Positions 60,623-64,000 of a stretch of 64,000 nt of DNA are shown here, piece after piece. Position 1 is the stretch's first letter; each line of letters starts with the position of its first letter. The position numbers and the translations under genes were made by a program. The notes under the pieces are model-generated. The model was not told the DNA's origin. It ran no database searches and worked only from the letters and a program-made list of their open reading frames with translations. The stretch covers positions 352,001-416,000 of the forward strand of contig CAVRZA010000002.1 in assembly GCA_963725665.1 (NCBI GenBank), in the 5' to 3' direction. The stretch comes from an uncultured Actinomycetes bacterium. Lineage in GTDB: Bacteria > Actinomycetota > Thermoleophilia > UBA2241.

Positions 60623-62701
60623 TCAGGCCTCCGTCGGGTCGGCGCCTGCGGGCTCGGCGGCGGCGCCTGCCTCCGCCGTTGCTGCTGCGAGTTCGTGCGT
60701 GTGCGCCTCGCCGTGGTCGTGCCCGTGCTCGTTGCCGCCGCCGTTGCCGCCGTAGCCGCCGAGCTGATCCTTGATGGCGTCGAAATAGAGGGTGTCGCCG
60801 CTCTGCCCAAACTGGGAGGGGTCGTAGGGCTGCAGCTTGATCGCCTCGCGTTTGGCATCGATGATCTCCAGCGAGCGCTCGAGCATCTTGTTCCAGTCAG
60901 GCTCGAACTCGAGGCTGCCGCCGACGAGCTTCTCCCAGCCCTTCGTCATCAGGTCCGTCACCACGCTCGAGGCACCGACGGGGCTCGAGACGCCAAAGAT
61001 CACGTGGGCCCCGCTGGCGGCGAAGTAGGTGCCGATGGCGATGGCCTTCTCGCACATCCACTCCGGGCAGAGGCCGACGGCGGGGATGTCGTCGATATCC
61101 TCGCCGACCCCTCCCTCCGTGGCCACCTGGGTCAGCACGGTCAGGATGCGCGAGTTGTCGACGCAGCTCCCGAGGTGCAGCACGGGCGGGATGCCGATGG
61201 CCTCCATGACCTCGCGCAGGCCGGGACCGGCGGAGTCGAGGATCTCGGGAGACAGGTAGCCGTGCTTGGCGCCGGCGGTGGCGGCGCAACCGGTGACGAC
61301 CACCAGCACGTCGCGGGCGATGAAGTTCTTGATCAGCTCGACGATGCCCTCGTCTTGCGTCACGCGCGCGTTGTTGCAGCCCACGACGCCGGCCAGACCG
61401 CGGATGCGTCCGGCGATGATGGCGTCGTTCAGGGGCCTGAAGCTGGCGCGGTAGAAGCCGCCCTGCATGTAGTTGAGGTACTCGTGCGAGAAGCCGGCGA
61501 CGAGTCTCTCCTTGTACTCCGGGATGTGGATGGGGCCGCGGTTGGGGTAGTTGTCGATGGCCATGCGCACGATCGTCTTGGCCGTCTCGAGCGCCGTGGT
61601 CTCGTCGAACTCGATGTGCTCGGCGCCCGGTATCTTCGCCTTGGGAGACGTGGTGATCAGCTTGGTGTGGAAACGCTGCGAGAGCGGCGAGAGCGCCTGC
61701 ATGATGCACTGCACGTCGACGACCATGACCTCCACGGCCCCCGTCAGCACGGCCAGCTCCTGGTGCAGGAAGTTACCCGCCGCCGGGATGCCGTAGCGCA
61801 TGAGGATCTCGTTGGCCGTGCAACAGATACCGGCCAGGTTGATGCCCTCGGCTCCCTTGGCCTTCGCCTCGGCGATCAGCTCGGGGTCGCGGGCGGCCTC
61901 GACCATCATCGCCGACAGCGACGGCTCGTGGCCGTGCACGACGACGTTGACCTGGTCGTCCTTGAGGACGCCGAGGTTGACCTCGGAGGCGAGGGGAGAA
62001 GGGGTGCCGAAGAGGATGTCGGAGATGTCGGTCGAGAGCATCGCTCCGCCCCAGCCGTCGGCCAGCGAGCAGCGCAGGGCCGCCTTGAGGATGTTCTCAG
62101 GGTCGAGATCGACGCCCTCGTGCGTGCGGTGCATGACCTCGGTGACCTCGCGGTCGACCGCGCGCGGCGTGAGCTTGAGACTCTTCCACAGCTCCTGCCG
62201 CTTGGGTGTTGCGCGTTTCGTCGTCAGGATCTCGCCGTGAGCCTGGCCGAATTGCTCGAGCGCCTTCTCGGCCACGTCGGCAGCGATCTCCGCGACCGAA
62301 CGGTCGGCGATGGCGACGCCGAGGTAGCCTGCGACCACGATGAGCTTCTGCTGGTCGCGGATGACGTAGTCGGGCGCCTCGCCGGTGGCCGCCGCGAGCA
62401 GCGTCAGCGCCATGTCGCGGCCGTGGTCGGAGTGCGCCGCGACACCGCCGGCGACCTGGCGCGCGAAGTGGCGCGCGGCCACCGTCGGCAGGTCCGCGCC
62501 GCAGATGCCCGTCTTGGTCTCGGCGTCCTTGCCCACGAGACGGCAGGGGCCCATGCTGCAGATGCGGCAGCAGGCGCCCACCTCGCCGATGGGACAGGGC
62601 TTCATCTCGCTCGCCCGGCTGAAGGCGGTGCCGATGCCGCACGATTCCGCGTGCGCCAGCATCTCTACCGCGGCCGGGTCGATGCTCCTCGCGTCTCCCA
62701 T
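60623..62701 (-). CDS. cooS: Anaerobic Ni-CO dehydrogenase catalytic subunit (AcsA) with His-rich C-terminal tail
   Basis: CCRICSMGPC, AAHSDH, VHGHEP, GICCTANE, DVQC, GCNN, TGCA, GSCVDN, EWMCEKA. Confidence 0.97.
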   Translation of the reverse strand: MGDARSIDPAAVEMLAHAESCGIGTAFSRASEMKPCPIGEVGACCRICSMGPCRLVGKDAETKTGICGADLPTVAARHFARQVAGGVAAHSDHGRDMALTLLAAATGEAPDYVIRDQQKLIVVAGYLGVAIADRSVAEIAADVAEKALEQFGQAHGEILTTKRATPKRQELWKSLKLTPRAVDREVTEVMHRTHEGVDLDPENILKAALRCSLADGWGGAMLSTDISDILFGTPSPLASEVNLGVLKDDQVNVVVHGHEPSLSAMMVEAARDPELIAEAKAKGAEGINLAGICCTANEILMRYGIPAAGNFLHQELAVLTGAVEVMVVDVQCIMQALSPLSQRFHTKLITTSPKAKIPGAEHIEFDETTALETAKTIVRMAIDNYPNRGPIHIPEYKERLVAGFSHEYLNYMQGGFYRASFRPLNDAIIAGRIRGLAGVVGCNNARVTQDEGIVELIKNFIARDVLVVVTGCAATAGAKHGYLSPEILDSAGPGLREVMEAIGIPPVLHLGSCVDNSRILTVLTQVATEGGVGEDIDDIPAVGLCPEWMCEKAIAIGTYFAASGAHVIFGVSSPVGASSVVTDLMTKGWEKLVGGSLEFEPDWNKMLERSLEIIDAKREAIKLQPYDPSQFGQSGDTLYFDAIKDQLGGYGGNGGGNEHGHDHGEAHTHELAAATAEAGAAAEPAGADPTEA

Positions 62702-62793
62702 TGAGCTGCTCCTCGCGTCGAGACGGCGGGCGGGGGCGCGGCGCCAACCCTCGCGGGTGCGCGTCGGTCCTGCCGCCGTCGTGTGATCGGACG

Positions 62794-63117
62794 TCAGTAC
62801 TTGCGGTGGTCGCCCGACATCTTCAGGTCGACGGGGTTGGTCCGCGTGATGCGGATGCCAGCGCCGGCCCACTCGGGCTTGCTTTGCGGCGTATCATGAG
62901 CAGCCTCGGGCTCCCCTGGCGGGTAGCCGGCCGCGGCCAGATGATCGCTGACCCGCGCGGCGTCAAGCCGTGCAGGGTCGATGAGCAGCGTCAGGGTGCG
63001 TTCTTTCGCGCTCGCCTCGACGCGCTCCAGCCCGTCGAGAGTGGCGAGCGCGTCCCTGACCTTCAGGACGTGGTGGTCGGCCCAGAGGTCGGGGACGGTG
63101 AGGGTGAGTTCTTGCAC
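62794..63117 (-). CDS. HMA-fold small protein with a WADHH motif in place of MxCxxC
   Basis: LTVPDLWADHHVLKVRDALATLDGLERVEAS...LAAAGY ferredoxin-like pattern; GAGGAGGA RBS; first gene of the CODH/ACS operon. Confidence 0.75.
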   Translation of the reverse strand: MQELTLTVPDLWADHHVLKVRDALATLDGLERVEASAKERTLTLLIDPARLDAARVSDHLAAAGYPPGEPEAAHDTPQSKPEWAGAGIRITRTNPVDLKMSGDHRKY

Positions 63118-63210
63118 ACAGTCCTCCTCGTCGCTGCCGCAGCCCCTGGCTGCGGCTCCTCATAGAAGGAACACCCCGAGGACGCATGGGGTGTTCACTC
63201 TATGGTTGTC

Positions 63211-63257
63211 ACTGTACAGAAGAGCGACTGTCTCGACAATTGTTTGTACTGCATGTC
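63211..63257 (-). promoter_or_regulatory. Promoter of the CODH/ACS operon (TTGTCG-17-TACAGT) with overlapping GACA-N15-TGTC motif
   Basis: Matches 11201-11247 in sequence and spacing. Confidence 0.65.
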
Positions 63258-63398
63258 ACAAGCAGAAGCCGCTGAGCAGGCAAAACAGCCGTGACGCGGG
63301 GGACTGGAGCTAGCAGCCCGGCGGCGCAGGCGTGCGGCCCGCTTGGTCGTGAGCTCTGCGTGGTAGAAGGGGCTACGAGACCGGCAACAGGAGGGGTC

Positions 63399-64000
63399 AT
63401 GCGCAGCACCGAGGGTGAGGTAGAGCTGTCGGAGGTGTACGGGCGGCTGGCGGCGCTCGACCTCGTCGTCGACGGTTACGAGGTCGAGCGCCGCCAGCTC
63501 GAGGTCTCGAGCGGTTTCACGCGCGTGACGACCACCGTCGTGTTGAGCGGCGGCGGCCACGCGGGACGCGGCGAGGACGTGAGCTACGTGGCCCAGGACC
63601 ACGACGACTTCCCGCTCGAGCTGCCCGTGGGTCTGCCCGCGGGCGTAAGCGCCTCCCTGGGGACGTTCTGCGCACGGCTCGAGGACCTCGCCGGCGTCGG
63701 CGAGGGCCGGCTCTTCGCTCGGCCTCCGGTGGGCCCCACTGTCTCCGTGGCGTACCGTCGCTGGGCCTTCGAGAGCGCCGCTCTCGATCTCGTCCTGCGC
63801 CAGGCCGGCGCCTCGCTCGGCGAGGTCGTCGGTCGTCCGTATCGGCCCGTGCGCTTCGTCGTCTCGACGCGCCTCGACATCCGGCCGTGGCTGGCGCTCT
63901 ACCCGGCTCTCGAGTTCAAGCTCGACCCGACGAGCGAGTGGGACCCGGAGTTCATGCGCGAGATCGCCGCCACCGGCGCCGTGCGCGTGCTCGACTTCAA
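63399..64000 (+). CDS. Enolase-superfamily-like hypothetical protein (3'-partial)
   Basis: AGGAGGGG RBS, open to the window edge; GRGEDVSY, RRWAFESAALDLVLRQAG, EFKLDP. Confidence 0.65.
   Translation, partial: MRSTEGEVELSEVYGRLAALDLVVDGYEVERRQLEVSSGFTRVTTTVVLSGGGHAGRGEDVSYVAQDHDDFPLELPVGLPAGVSASLGTFCARLEDLAGVGEGRLFARPPVGPTVSVAYRRWAFESAALDLVLRQAGASLGEVVGRPYRPVRFVVSTRLDIRPWLALYPALEFKLDPTSEWDPEFMREIAATGAVRVLDF

Noticed and set aside
47488-62704. Long antisense or alternate-frame ORFs (e.g. 47488..50073, 58459..60858, 60695..62704)
   Set aside because: Shadow ORFs of high-GC genes; they overlap well-supported CDS and show no domain motifs
63245-63262. Rex operator upstream of CODH/ACS
   Set aside because: TTGTACTGCATGTCACAA matches TTGTGAA-N4-TTCACAA only partly, and the sister site at mttB lacks the CACAA half

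Overview
High-GC bacterial chromosome segment. Gene content and the ffs-dnaX-ybaB-recR / tadA / tRNA backbone are compatible with a deep-branching actinobacterium such as Thermoleophilia, but that is inference. The window holds three anaerobic energy modules, all on the - strand. (1) A methylamine cluster: a trimethylamine methyltransferase MttB with an in-frame TAG exactly at the pyrrolysine position, a corrinoid protein and a frameshifted Na+/solute symporter. (2) A pyruvate:ferredoxin oxidoreductase operon wired into an electron-bifurcating HydABC/Bfu-type module, with PorB fused to a HydA-N-terminus/GltD-like subunit. (3) A complete CODH/ACS cluster (cooS, acsB, acsD, acsC, acsV, cooC, acsE). 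Several signals link these modules: a hairpin with anomalous codon usage right after the amber codon (PYLIS-like), TGA-only stops in the three energy operons although TAG is the commonest stop elsewhere, and a near-identical promoter/operator upstream of both mttB and CODH/ACS. Together they suggest a regulated, context-dependent Pyl-decoding methylotrophic acetogen. Also present: a non-Pyl MttB paralog, Acs and a Pat-type ligase/GNAT fusion, a large SRP RNA, five tRNAs, a candidate unknown structured RNA between ybaB and recR, and an accessory region next to tRNA-Arg with a truncated IS21 and a Mn/Ca-homeostasis gene set under a probable yybP-ykoY riboswitch. I recognised no pylTSBCD genes in this window.
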